Shown piece after piece: positions 12,914-26,900 of a stretch of 64,000 bases of DNA. The DNA lies in contig NC_090598.1 in NCBI RefSeq assembly GCF_000497125.1, positions 1,364,001 through 1,428,000 on the forward strand, given 5' to 3'. The stretch is from Spironucleus salmonicida (taxonomy: Eukaryota). Position numbers and translations under genes: made by a program. Position 1 is the stretch's first letter. Each line of letters begins with the position of its first letter. The notes beneath the pieces are model-generated. The model ran no database searches, was not told the origin of the DNA, and saw only the letters and a list, made by a program, of their open reading frames with translations.

Positions 12914-12986
12914 TGGTCGTTCTGGGGCTCGAACCCAGGACCTTCTGCTTATCAGACAAACGCTCTACCTACTGAGCTAAACGACC
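12914..12986 (-). tRNA. tRNA-Ile(GAU)
   Basis: 73-nt cloverleaf: acceptor GGTCGTT/AACGACC, D-arm GCTC/GAGC, anticodon loop CT-GAT-AA, T-arm CTGGG-TTCGAGC-CCCAG, discriminator A. Confidence 0.95.
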
Positions 12987-13042
12987 TTTGTAAAATTAAG
13001 CCTTCTAATACTAGACAAGTAGTAAAATTGTAATCTATTAAA

Positions 13043-13705
13043 ATGGCTTTTATTGAAACACACATTAAGGAAATATTTGGAGACAATAGCGTAATATCTG
13101 TAGATTTCGATCTTATTTTCGAAAATGGTTTATTCGCCTCTCAAACGACTACCGTGCTCCTACGTCTCAGACTCAGGAATTCTTAAGGTCAGCCATCTGC
13201 AAACATGTGCGCTAAAGAAATTCTCTCAAACCTACGTGTTATTCATAATAGTATTCTTTTACCATCGCCTCTTGTCACCAGCTCCTTTGGAGCTTTCAAA
13301 TTCCTAGTAACACCTACAGTCCTTAATTCATTCGAAATTGAATATGGGCTCTATCGGTATACCAAGAATATCGCAGCTATTAAAGCTTGGGAATAATCTA
13401 AAGATTATCAAATCTAAGGAAATATCGCATCCTCGAGCAATACAGTGTGGGCTCTCACCAAAGCATAAGAAAATACTAGTATTAGGATTAAATTTAGTAA
13501 AGAAAGCCAGATAGGGTATCAGATTGGTACACACGAAGTTTAGTAAATAGGAACCAGTACGGAGTTTTCAATTACCTTCTTACCCTCACTGTTGGTATGC
13601 AAAACGTCTGCATAGGAATTAAAAATTCCCATCAAGAGCTACGCGAATCTTACTATTTGCGCTAGGATTAAAAAAGATAGAATAGCAGAAGTGTTTACAT
13701 AGTGA
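13043..13705 (+). CDS. hypothetical beta-rich protein (220 aa); N-terminal half weakly filamin/Ig-like
   Basis: ATG 13043 to TAG-TGA (AGTGA). LLRLRLRNSQGQP...GAFKFLVTPTV is loosely reminiscent of filamin repeats; family uncertain. Confidence 0.65.
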
Positions 13706-13723
13706 TTTTCCACTTCATTTAAA

Positions 13724-14725
13724 ATGGAACCTGAATAAAAAGTGAATCTCGATCCTATTATGCAGTGTCCCTTTTCTAAGGCGCATAAAATTGCTAAAGA
13801 TAGATACTTCCATCATATCAAGGTATGCGATAAAAGGCCAGAGCTGTAACCTAGTTATACTTTCTAAATACCATTTACTACACCAGATGCACACCCAAAG
13901 CAAACCTTAACGTTAGAGGCCGCTTATCTTATTGAGGGGAAAATTTTTAAAATTATAAGCATATTCTCTTAAGAGCTAGAAATGTTTAACCAACCATTAG
14001 CTTAACTAAACCTCGAAGTTGACGTCCCTTTCCACGAATCAGTCAAGCATGCTCCATAGCTCAAGTCTTTAGCAGGGCATATACTTGATAGTATCCCAGT
14101 CACTGATCTTGTAATTGAGGGTGGGGCGGGTACCGGAATGCTATCGGCATACTTAGCATTTAAAGATAAACATATTAACACAGAAACTAAACGAAGGTTT
14201 ATACTTATGGAACGAGAACGTGGGTTTAAACATAAATTTGATAGATATGTCAAATTTTGTGGAGAGTCTGTTGAGAGAGTTTTATGTGATCTTAGAGCTG
14301 TAGATTTCCAAAAATTACGATCGCATTATTCTGCATAAAACATAACTGTAATCGGGAAGCATCTATGCGGCCATGCAACAGACTGTGTTTTGAAGTGGGA
14401 GGCGGATCACTATGCTATTGCATTATGTTGTCATGCTAAAGCAGATGGGGGAGACCTTCTAGGCGTGGAATTTCTAAGGGACATGACTCCTGGCGAACTA
14501 TACTAATTGTGCAGAATGACGAGTTGGTAATTTGCCTGGAAGGGTTAGGAAAGTCTAGACCTTTAATAAATTGAGAAACAAAGATTAGGGACATTCTTTC
14601 GCCAGGTGTTAGACTGTTGCAGAATTAAATGGTTGAAAATGCATAAATATTGGGTAAAACTTGTACGATATTGTTCAGAAGTAGACAGTCCAGAATGTTG
14701 GCTGATCCTGGCAGGAAAAGAGTGA
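13724..14725 (+). CDS. TRM13: tRNA 2'-O-methyltransferase Trm13 (position 4), 333 aa
   Basis: N-terminal CHHC finger (CPFSKAH...HIKVC), KHAPQ, VIEGGAGTGMLS, IGKHLCGHATD, IALCCH, MTSW, YCSEVDSPE. Confidence 0.9.
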
Positions 14726-14738
14726 ACTACTAGAAATT

Positions 14739-14811
14739 TGGTCGTTCTGGGGCTCGAACCCAGGACCTTCTGCTTATCAGACAAACGCTCTACCTACTGA
14801 GCTAAACGACC
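14739..14811 (-). tRNA. tRNA-Ile(GAU)
   Basis: Identical 73-nt sequence to 12914-12986. Confidence 0.95.
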
Positions 14812-14907
14812 ATGGTAAATAAATTTCAAAACAAAAAATATACATATTATTGGACATTTAAGTAGGCTATATGAACTCTTCTAATTAGGATACAGTTGAA
14901 ATTAATA

Positions 14908-17900
14908 TCACTCCATAGGGAAAAGCAGTCTCAATGTTTCAGCGCCAACATCATTAATACTAATATTCCCTATTTGGATCCAACCGCCTGACTGAGTATA
15001 CATTGGTACTGGTGTTTTTCCACCAATAGGAACCACATCTAAAGCGATTCCTTGAAGTTCACAACCGTCATAAATATCTTGGTGGAGAGAATCCAACGAA
15101 ACCTTGCGAACTCCAACGTTTTTAGCAAAAATGCCCTACCATTCTCCTTTGACAAAAGAAGTTTAAAGCACCAGCTTAGAACAAGCCCGTCTCGTCTTAA
15201 GAGCATTATCTATTACAAGTCTTCCTACTTAATTGTGATATTTATGACTATCTTTGGATGTAATATTCAAATAAGTCATGATATGCTACTTTTGTATTCT
15301 TTATCGGGTTACTTCAGGCAAAATTAAATCAGTTTATGCAGGGATTTTAGATAATAAATCTTTAAATTACTCTACTAATTAGAAAGATCTAATACTCCCA
15401 GCCAACTTTACATCAAAAATTCGTTACAATAATGAAAGTTACCTATTTTGAATTGTTAAATCATCAACAAGATTACCAACCCACTCAGAGTCAATATCAT
15501 TTTCTACAAAAGATTATAAAAATATGGAATACCATTGTGCAATATTTTACATTAATCCCTATATCAACTGCTCATCTTTTTTAGTTTACTGTAAAAGTAA
15601 GTAAATTTCGTGTATTTAAGCTAATTTCAAAATCAACTACTAAGGAGGGATATAATATGCTTTCTTGAATCTAGTTAGGACAATCGCATATACGATTTGA
15701 GCATTAAATATGAACATTGTTAAATCTGGGTGTTCTTTGTCAATAAAGTTTTAGTAAAATTCATCCGCCCCATATCCTATAATATCTTTGTAACCTAGAT
15801 TAGCAGGAATGTAAATATGTTATGTAACATCGTGAATATGACGATATGAAAGTAGCTCATCATTTTTAAGGAAAAATATCTTGAGCTTCGAATATTGATC
15901 TAAAAATTCTGAACTAATCTATGACCCATTGTTTTGATTAACAATCAGATGCCAGTCACTTTAATGCATATTCTAATATCTATTCTAGAACCCAATAATG
16001 TTTGTATATACATGAAGTGTAATTTTACTCGAGGTAGCAATATATGCTAAAAGTTCTTGAGTATATAAGGTATTGGATGAGATTAAATAAGGTAGCTAAA
16101 ATTAGCTATTTTCTATAAATGACACCCTATCTTAAATAGTAATTTATTTTTGCTCTATATATGGATAAATTTAGGCAAATTCTGAATCTACACAATTTAT
16201 GAATTCATCTGGCATTAGTATTTTAAGCAATATCAGGAAGACACCCACGTTTCCGTTTCTCTTCTATGGTTATTATTTTTATAATTGAATCTCCTAAGAT
16301 GTCGCATTAAGCTTTGATAATAGCGCATTTACTTGCATTTCATCTTCTGGGTCAGTTATAAAATTGACAAACTCATTCATAAATGGCTAATTATCGATTA
16401 TATCTAAATGACTTGCAGCGAATAAAAAATTAACTATATCATCTACTAAAACCTCATCTTTAAGAATCATAAAAGTTTTAAATTTCAAAACCTACGCAGC
16501 ATCATTCTTCATTTTCATTAATTAATCCATTTATTTATCGCAGTATTACATTATTTATTCAATATTCATACCCTTGCCATGCAGCTGCTAAAATAAATCA
16601 AGCAGCATTTACTATAACATTTTCTCGTTCATATTACAAAATAAACCCATTTTTATGTAAAAATCAAATTTATTACTTAATGGTATATATTAAGTGGTAT
16701 TTTAACGTTATCTATACTATTTTTAGGTGTTATCAATTTGTGAGTATAGCATCGATAAATTTGAGTATGTTCTTTTAACTTGGTCTAAAATATTTATAAT
16801 AACTATTTAATCGACATTTATTGGAATTTCTGGAATTAGAAACTCATTTAAATGAATTTACATTGATTTTAAAATATCATCTTACTTATCTAATTATTAA
16901 ACTATATCACCTTATAATTTACTTAGTATTTATTAGTTTTCTTCTGATATATATTTATTAAATGATTTTTCTAATAAATTTGATCTACTTAACAACTAAA
17001 TACGAATAAAATAGGAAATTTTGCACAACTGAGATGGAATTTAAAATGTGTGCTCATAAGTCTAGTAGATCACTATTCTAGATGTATATTCTAATAAAAA
17101 CGGTATAATAACATTAAGATCAACATATGAATCAACTTAAATGATAGTTATTGAGGACTATTAACTAGAAACTTTTAATTTCAAACCAAAAGCTTAATCT
17201 GATGCATTAAGAACTTAATTTTATTTATCTTATGATGTTCCTAATTATAAAAGCCAATTAAAAATTAATTAGTTATTATCATAAATATACGGAAATTCAT
17301 GACATGTATTAATAATTCCATTAATAATATGTGCTTTAAGTAATATATCATTATCTTATGGCAACCCCATATTTTCCCAAATCAATTTACGCTTTTACTA
17401 TTTGTCAAATATATGTATTAAATCTTCTGGAGAATCTAACTTCTAACTAAATACTTACGATTGTTCTAATACAGATTAACAACTCTTAATAAAAGCAAAT
17501 ATTTCATTTATTGACTATGTACCACAATAGTTAATAAGCATTCCAAAAAGTAAAGAATCCCCATGTAATTATAATTTAAGTTGATTCGTATCCATTTTTT
17601 ACTTTTCAGCTATTTCAAATTATAATATTTCTTAAATCTCAATTAGTCGTTAATCAATTAAATCCATATTATCTATTGATTTTTATGACTCATCTTTTTA
17701 CGTTTTTAGACGTAATATTCTATCTTTACCTAGTTAAATATTTTATTAAATATCATTTTGTTGTTCTATTGTCTTTTATAGTTATTCTACTACTAATAAT
17801 TTTGTTTATTCTAGTTAAACTAGCTAATGGTAAAAATCACATTCCCTCAGTTATTATTATGCTTTAAAAATAATTACAATAAGTTGCTTCCATAAATTAA

Positions 17901-20900
17901 TAGGACAATTAATAGTGTCCTAAATTTGATTCACAAAAGGGATATTTTATTATAATAAATTATAATACTAATCTGAAAAATAAATAATCTAAGTTTAAAT
18001 ATTTTGCATAAACTTTTATTCAACAATAGCTTACTTAAAAGCATCTAAAGCTGACCCATTGTCCTATACACAGTCTATTAAAGGACAAATAAGTTGACAT
18101 AATCTTTCAACCTATTCACTATTCTTATAAAGTTTTTAATTAAGTATCAGCTTATGATTTTCCTTAATCTAGTTCAATTTAGAAATATATTCATCATTTT
18201 TCTCGTGCAATAATACCTAAATTTTATCTTTAACATTGAGAACACTTTGTCCTATTTTTTTCTCTTTATCAGATAATTTTTATCTTTAACCTAATACTTA
18301 CTCTAAAAATTAAGTATCTTATTTATTATCCTAAATCATATTATCTAAATCAATCTATGTGTTCTCTATGGAAAAAATAATTTCTTTTTATTATGACTTA
18401 AAATAATCTAATGTAATTTTACATTTGTCAAAAAAGTCAATCCAGATATTTGGATTAATAATATCAAAATTAATTCTACGTTTTTCTATTGAATTTTTGA
18501 ATGAATATATCAAATTCTATGCTAAAGTCATGTAATTTCGTTATGCAGTAAAAGATTATGTTTAAATTAGATAGTTAATTCCCATATGGTGCATATCTCT
18601 AATAATTTTATAAACTTAAATTAATTCAGGTGATTCTTCCATTTTGAAATTTTTAACCAAAAAATTATAACTAGGCAATTCTAGCTTAATACAACGTATA
18701 ACTGATATTTTATTAAAGATAGGTGAATTTTCATCTTCTATAACACAAATTCTCAAATTATTTTTAATTAATTAATTTGCCATAAATTATATTTCTATTA
18801 ACGATGTAGTTATAACTTCTTATTTGATAGTATAATTAATATCTGATAAATAAGCACTATATTATTCCTTAATAATTTAAGAATTTTAGCGTAAAAATTC
18901 AACACTAAGATATTTTTATAAACTTTTTATCTCTAAAAATTACTACACATCAGCGATGATATCTAGCTGGTCAAATTAATCTATAATTAATACATTTTAT
19001 CTAATAAAACTTTTTCTAAACGATTCTTATATAGTTTGTTTCCAAGAAATACCAGGTTTTAGATATAGTATTTCTTAATTTAAATAACAACATGCTGTCT
19101 TGATAGCTGTATGTTTTCCAATACCAACTTATCCTGTAAGTATAATAGATTATCTTTTAATTGATCGAATAATTTGTGATAAAACATTTACAAAATCTTA
19201 TGTATAAATTAATTTCTCTTAATTTTAAAGTATATCTGCCAAAGTATCATTAGATATCTAAACATATTTACAATCATTACTAAGTTTCTTAAGATATACA
19301 AATTTATCTTAATAACTTATATTTTATAATAAATTCGAAGCACAAAATGCAATCTCATCTTATTCTTACTAAGTTAATGGTTAGAAAATAAAATTAAACT
19401 AGCTATCTGAATCTATGAAATTAAATGCTTTTCTTGATTTTTCTAATGCATATTTAAAGCAATCAGTAAATTTTTGATCATATGGGAAAGCTTATAACTC
19501 TTTTTCTACTTCATGTAAAAACAATTAATACTAAAACTACTGTTTTTAAGCCTTTTCAGAATTCAAAATAATATCAATAGATTATGTAAAGTTATCTAAA
19601 CTTTATTAGATTAGCTAAAACTTTATAAAACTATCAATAACTAATTCTTATGCAAATTTTGCGACAAATAGTTAGAATTTTTATGTGACAACAGCAAATT
19701 ATGAAGTTATTTACTTTGTTAGAATTTCATAATTAACTTCAGATGCATTCATTGTATCTGACATTTAGAAAAATTAAATATAATTTACAGGCTTATCTGA
19801 TTATATGATAAACTATATATCTTTTATATTTATTTTCTTTTTATCAGAATAAAATCCTTGTAGTGAACAGATTTATTAAATATCATTTTGAATATTCTTA
19901 TTCCAACCTTAAATTTGTTAAATAACGGTGAAAGTGGGATCAGGTCCTAATAAATCAGGTAATAAAAATTATAAATTATCCCGCAAAAGCTATTAATAAT
20001 TTGTGTCATCATTAACCTTAAATGACATGAAATACATTCTATCTTTTGAGATAACTTAACCGATTCTATCAATAATATATTAGTAATATTAATTATTTAA
20101 ATCAATTTTTATATTGGTATTAGATTTAATTAATCTTAATAATAATAATGCTTAATTATATTAAAACGCTAGGTTAATATTAATCAAATCTTATTCACTA
20201 TCCTATGTTAACATTTATTCTGGTAAAAGTAGCTCATTATTTGTAAATACATATTAAAATCCATCCAATTTAATTTCAGAAATAAATAATCTTGATGTTT
20301 ATAAAAATTTTGGTTATAATTACAAGCCCTTTAAGGGAGTAAAATTAACTCCTAAAAAATTATCATCAGTTGAAGAATCTTCGACAAAAGTAAATAGTAA
20401 ATTAATAAATAATTAAAATTATGTTTTGATTTTAGCAGGTAAAAATTATCCTAAAGCTTAATGTAAGCAATAGTATATAGCTTTATCACAATTCGAAATA
20501 AAATCAGTATTAATATCTTAAATACATGAAATTAATAATAATATAAAATTTATTTTCAATTATTACTATGATATTTTTATTGAGTTAGATGTAACTAATT
20601 AAATAAAAGTATATATAACTGGTTCTATTTTATAAACTCTATCAATTAATGATTAGTTGATATTATGCTTTTCTAGATTATAGAAAAATGGAGAAAGTGG
20701 TTCTAGAGTAACTAAGAAGCATCTTTCTAAATATTAGTTTGATATTTAAAACTCTATAGGATAATCTATAATAATCTTTGTATTTTTCAATATTTAAAGA
20801 GTTTTCCCATTATTCAAACAAACAAATCGTTCGAAAATTGGTGTTAAAATATCATTATCTTGAATATTTGACAAATGTAATATTAATAATCTTTCTGAAA

Positions 20901-23900
20901 ACTAATGCTACTCTAATATTGATTCTAGTATACCTTTTTTCCAATCTTTACTTGGATTTAAAAAACCAAATAGATCATTACTTGATAAATTTCCAACATT
21001 AATATTAAAATACATTAAATCTATATTTCTAATTTATTGTTATAACTATCTGTACTTATCAAAATAATATTAAAACCCGTATTAACATTTAATGATAATT
21101 TTATTCTTAGTCTTAAGGGATGTATCTATTTTAGCAATTTGCACTTCAATATTAGAACGCATTGTTTTATTCATATCGTTTAGCAATATATCAAATTCTT
21201 ATGACAGTACTTAATTTTAGTTTATTAAAGGTGTATTTCCTTCATATTCTAATTGCAATAAGCTTGAAAGTTCTTGATAATCATCCTGTTATAAAATTTA
21301 CTCAAAGTATGATGATAATGCAAGATAAGTCAAAATATTATCGGTAACTTCTAAGTAAATTTATTTAAATTTATTTATTATATCTATTATATCATAAATA
21401 ACTCTGATGGTGCAGTAATTTATACTATTATATAGATAAGAAATTTTTTCTAAAAATTATACTAGTTAAACTGCATGCTCTTTATCATTTTATACGCCAA
21501 TTAATTAAAGTTTTGCTTAAGTACACTAAAATAACTGTTCTATATTAAACTTAACAGCACAAACTGATAATTTAATTCTTTAATTAACAGTCGTAGATGT
21601 AAGAATAATAAGAAACTTTTCATTTAGTTCATAGTCCAATTTATTATATTTAAAAATCATTTTTTTATTATTACATTTAGCATTTTATATATTATTAATT
21701 AAACTGATAAGTTCATTTACTAATTCAAAATTATATTTATCAATATCCTCGAAAATAAGACACTGCTACATATGAGATGATTACAATATTATAGATGACA
21801 AATTAACAGGTTTTAAACTAGTAAGATCAATAAATCTTAAAATTTATGGATTATAGCCTAACAACTCAGCATAATACTTACTTATCGTGGATTTGCCTTG
21901 CTTACCAACTAAATATAGCATATTTTTATTTATTTGTTATTACATGAACATATTATGTATTAAAACTCTAGTATTATGACCAACAAATATTTTAATCGAA
22001 TTACTAATATTTTAATACACGAATTTTGTTAAAAACTTTGTATAGCTTTCAATATATATTTAATTCTCAATAATAGACGTATGTATATTATCTTTTATTT
22101 AATCCAAAATTAATTAATGTATATTTGGATCGGAAATATTCAATCCTATAATATCTTTAATTTATAGTCTTTATGATAATAATTCAAATTGAATTTAGCA
22201 TAATTAATTATCTTTCTAATAAAATTATGGAACTAATGCAGAAATATTAACATCATATTTTGCTAAAGACTGTAAAGCAGATGTAATACTATTTGGATCA
22301 TAAAATCTCTTTAATAGTGTAGAATAATTAACTCTAATACAAATTAGCTTTATATACTATGATAGAGATTAGTCAAGCAAAACTTTATCTAACTTATCTT
22401 ATATTTTATTAGTAACAAATACAATAATACTATTTTACTTTGAACTCTACAAACCTATAATCCATTCATCATAATTATCTGTAACTAATATTGGCTACTA
22501 TAAAATATATTTATCTTCTGATTTTGTTATGACTTCTATAAAACTAATTGATATAACATCTTTATCTACGAGTTATTAAGTTCTATCAGATAGCATATTT
22601 CCTTTCTGCCAATCAATTTTTAAACTAATATCTTTAATATCTAATACATTTAATAAGATACTAATTAACATATTAATAAATTCATCTTATTGATCTATTT
22701 TAAGCTTAGTTTACTAGTACCCATAAGAAAATAAAAAATGAATCTATGCAAATGATAAGGAATTAAGATAAGTGAATTTATTTTTCTGATTTTAATAACT
22801 AAGTTCCATCTAATTAATCAAATATTTAGAATATGATCTCAATAATATAAATAATTATGTTGGTAGAACATTTAATGGAACCTGCTGTAAATTTAATTAA
22901 CCAGTCTCTAACAATAAAGCTGATTAATTATCATTTATTTATATATTTCCAGCCATAGAATAAATATTTGTTAACGTTCCTTGCTTTAAAATAGTTAAAT
23001 ATGTTGATTTATAAATAGTACCAAATGATCTAAATTCTGATGCAATAGGTAAATCATAATATTTCTATTAGGAATAAACTTAATGTAACAAATAAAAATT
23101 ATTCTATGTGTCTAAGAGCACTTATAATATCTAAATTAGTGTTTCTAATTTATCGATAACACTTTAAATCTTTTTAATAAAAAATATAGCATAGGGTGAT
23201 TAAATAAGCTATTTTAAGCTATATACATCCACTTAAATGTCATTAATGCAATCTTCTAATGTTAAAACTAAATATTCATCCGCATCCATAACTAACAAGT
23301 AAGACTACCATTTCAAATCGATATTTGTAAATGATGAGTCTATAAAATATTCTTTTTCAGCTAATTCCATAATTTGGATAATATGAATTGCTCGCGTAGG
23401 GAATTATTCATTTTCATATTCTAACTAACTTGATTTTCTAATTTTAAATATATTTCTTTCTTTTAATTTGATAGCTGTAGCTACTGAAGGTTCAAACACT
23501 ATTCCTTAACTTGCCATCATTTAAATATGACGCTTCTTTATATATGGATAGCATAATGCAAAAAATATCTAAAAATTAGCTTAAAACCAATAAATATCTT
23601 CAAGTGTATGATTAATATGTTAAATTGTATGTGTAAAAGAAACGATATATAGTTTTTGTTTTTTATCATTTTATTATAGCTAGTTTAACTGGAGTTAAAT
23701 ATCTATATTTAATTAAACTAATAAACTAATTCTTGACTTAGTAATCTATATTATCTAATCTTTAGTAAAGAATAATTTTTAATTATCGTAAAATGTTTTC
23801 TGTAGCCAATCAGGATAATCTAATTCTTAAGCATTTTCAATATTCCAAAATCGAATAATTAAGTCTAGCTTATCTTATAACTCATCAATTATACTAAAAT

Positions 23901-26900
23901 CTGATTCAGGTAATCCCATAAATTATTCGTCTTATTAAAAAACATGGCATTTTTCTTTAATATCTTAAATTTATTATACTAACTCATTTGAAAATTTAAA
24001 TTATTAATCAACTACTTCTTAAAATTTTGTATGATCTATTGTATACATTTCTGGTTTAGGAATCTTTCGAATATATTCATCTATTTAATTAATCGTCTTG
24101 CCTAATTCTATAAATAACTAATTACGCTCTTCATCAATTATTTAAATTAATCTTTCCTTTGAATTTTTTAATTAATACTCTATTCCAGAATAAATCTTCT
24201 TGTAAGTTGATTCTAGGCCCAATCCTAATATTTTATTATATAAAATGCTATAAATTTCTGTAAATTCTAATACTGTGGGTAATTAAAACCTAATATAAAT
24301 GAGGTAATTAAATAGCAATTCATACTGATTTTGATGCTTCTTTTTCTTTAATATTTCTTTATTTTCTTAAGTTTACCATCCAACAAAGCTATCAACAAAT
24401 ACTCTTTCTAAGAAGATTACTTAATTAACCATATGCATAGAAATAGTTTTAGAGAAATCTAAACTATTATCTATAAATTTTCGCACTATACACCAATCTC
24501 TAGGATCATTTGGAATTGAATTTAGGATAAAATTAGTTGAATCAAAAATTTTACTGCTATAATCAATAAGTGAAAAACATCTTGCTGAAATTATACACTA
24601 AACTGACTAAAGTACGGCATTAGTTCTAAATATCATTTATTATTTAATAGGTTTTGTATCTATACTAAAAATACCTATAAAAATGGTATCTTCCATTAAT
24701 TTATTTGATATTATTTCTTTATAAAATTAGAATTCTATAAATATCTTGTATAAATTGGATACTAACTACTCTTTAATTATATCGGATTATTCAAAATTGT
24801 ATGATTATTATAATTTTTCAAACCAGGTAACAATTAATTTTTATTTTTTAAACAAATCTTTTGATAAATAGACGAAAGACTGATTATTTTTCTGTAATTA
24901 TAAGATGTCTCTTTCTTTGTTATCATTATCAGATTCTTAAAGATACTCTATTTTCGTTTAACATTTATCTTTAGTTATGAAATTTGATTAGAAATCAATA
25001 TTGATAAAATTACCAAACTATGGGAGATCATTCGTATGATTAATTATAAATGTTGAGTCATATATTTATTAATCTATATGATAATCATAAATTTGATCGG
25101 CTATAAACTACAATTCATTAGATAAACTAACAAGTATTTGTAATTAATCATTTATATTTTATTCGATAACAGATCTCTTGTTCTTTATATATTTGTAGCT
25201 ATTATCATAATCAGGTATAGAAATTTTTGTTTATTCTTTCTTTAAAACAAAATAATTATCAAATTCGCTAATTTATGTTGGCATTTAATCTAGTAAATCA
25301 AAATATTACTAAAATTCATTCTATATATCTTAAATGCTGGGAAATATATTAATGCAGATCTTTTTATCAGGATAACTCTTAAATAATCCATTCTAATACA
25401 TATAATGCTAATTTTATTAAGAAATATCAAATTATGTTCTAAATAATTTAGAATCGAAACTTAATCTTTGAGGAACCGCAAATATATATTAGGTCACTTA
25501 TGATTTAAGTAAAAATTCATTTATCTCTTAGTTATAAATATTAAACCAATCTTTTTAATTATTATGCTTTTGAGAATCGACCCAAGTAAATAAATTTCTT
25601 AATATTTTACTATGGTCTTCAAAATTAAAATAAAATATACTTTATTATCTATCTATCACAATTTTTTAAATAAATAAGTCATAACTTTAATCTATTATAT
25701 CATAAATTGTCTACTTATACATTAATTTACATAATATTACAAATTTTTAATATCCTTATAATTATGGATTGACTTATTATAATATTTAACTGAGTTATTA
25801 TGCTAATTAGACTTCTAAAGCATCAACACAAATTATTAAATATTCACATTATATTTTAAAGAATTACTAGACATGCCACCCATAAAATAAAGAATAAGCA
25901 TCTGTTAAAAAATAGCTATCTAGGCTAATAATAGAATCTGCATATGAATTAACTGATTAGTTTTATTTAAGATCTACTCTATTTTATTACTAAAGTGTTT
26001 CTTAAACTTTTAAAAATTCTTCTTCAGATTAAAAATAATTTATAAACTAACTTGTTGCAATTTTTTTCTAAATTGCATCATATGATTATCTTAATATTAA
26101 TTTTAAAATTTATAATGGGTTTGTTGATAAAAGTTACTACTATAATAAGTAAATTTTTTAGTAAGATATTTATTTCATTGTAAAAGCAAATGTCTAAACA
26201 AATTTAGCAAAACTTTATGAATAAAATATTGAATTATTATATACATAATCAGATGCATATAAATACTACTCAATATGAGAAACTATTGAATCATGAACAT
26301 TCCCATCTAATACATCAAAAACACCTATTTCTATTTATACTATTTACTCTTAGCTATAAAATGTTTTAATATACTTCCTTGCATTCTTCCAAACTTAGCA
26401 TTATAAATTTAAATTAAAATAAAACTAATTTAAATTCATCTATACAATATAGTTTTGTAACTATTCAGATCTTTTTAATAAATAATCTAATGACAACTGA
26501 ACCTACACCTATGAATAATGTTCTTATTATTAATTTAGTAAATTATCTAGGCTTTAACATATATCTGGAGTTGATAATGCATGATTTATAAAAATATCAT
26601 TTTAGAATCTGTCATAAATTAAATCTTCATAATAATCTTAATCTAAAGTTGCCTAAAAAGAAAATAAAATATCTTAACCATAACAAGAGTCTAAAATAGG
26701 GCAAATCTACATAAGTTTAATCAATTTAATTAGTGATAAATCAGTAACCTCCGAGTTTTTAATATAACCATGTGAAAAATTATTTATTAACTATATTTAA
26801 TTGTTTATTTTATTTAAGAATTAAGAATATTAATAATATTATACTTGTTATGATTTTAATTTTTCAATATTGTATAACCTAGTAATAAAATTTTCTATAG

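Larger units (their letters stand above)
12369..16593. repeat. 4225-bp segment, copy 1 of an inverted duplication (partner 28205-32429)
   Basis: Position x pairs with 44798-x; the ORF track is mirrored; boundaries read from where identity breaks. Confidence 0.97.

Noticed and set aside
12390-16593. 10-bp inverted match TTTTAGCAGC / GCTGCTAAAA near both ends of the duplicated block, as transposon TIRs
   Set aside because: The left match is ~21 nt inside the boundary, both lie in coding sequence, and there is no transposase or target-site duplication; plausibly chance or microhomology.
19740-19800. Apparent split of the dynein into two genes at ATG 19764
   Set aside because: The frame is open across this region with no in-frame TGA; it is an internal Met.
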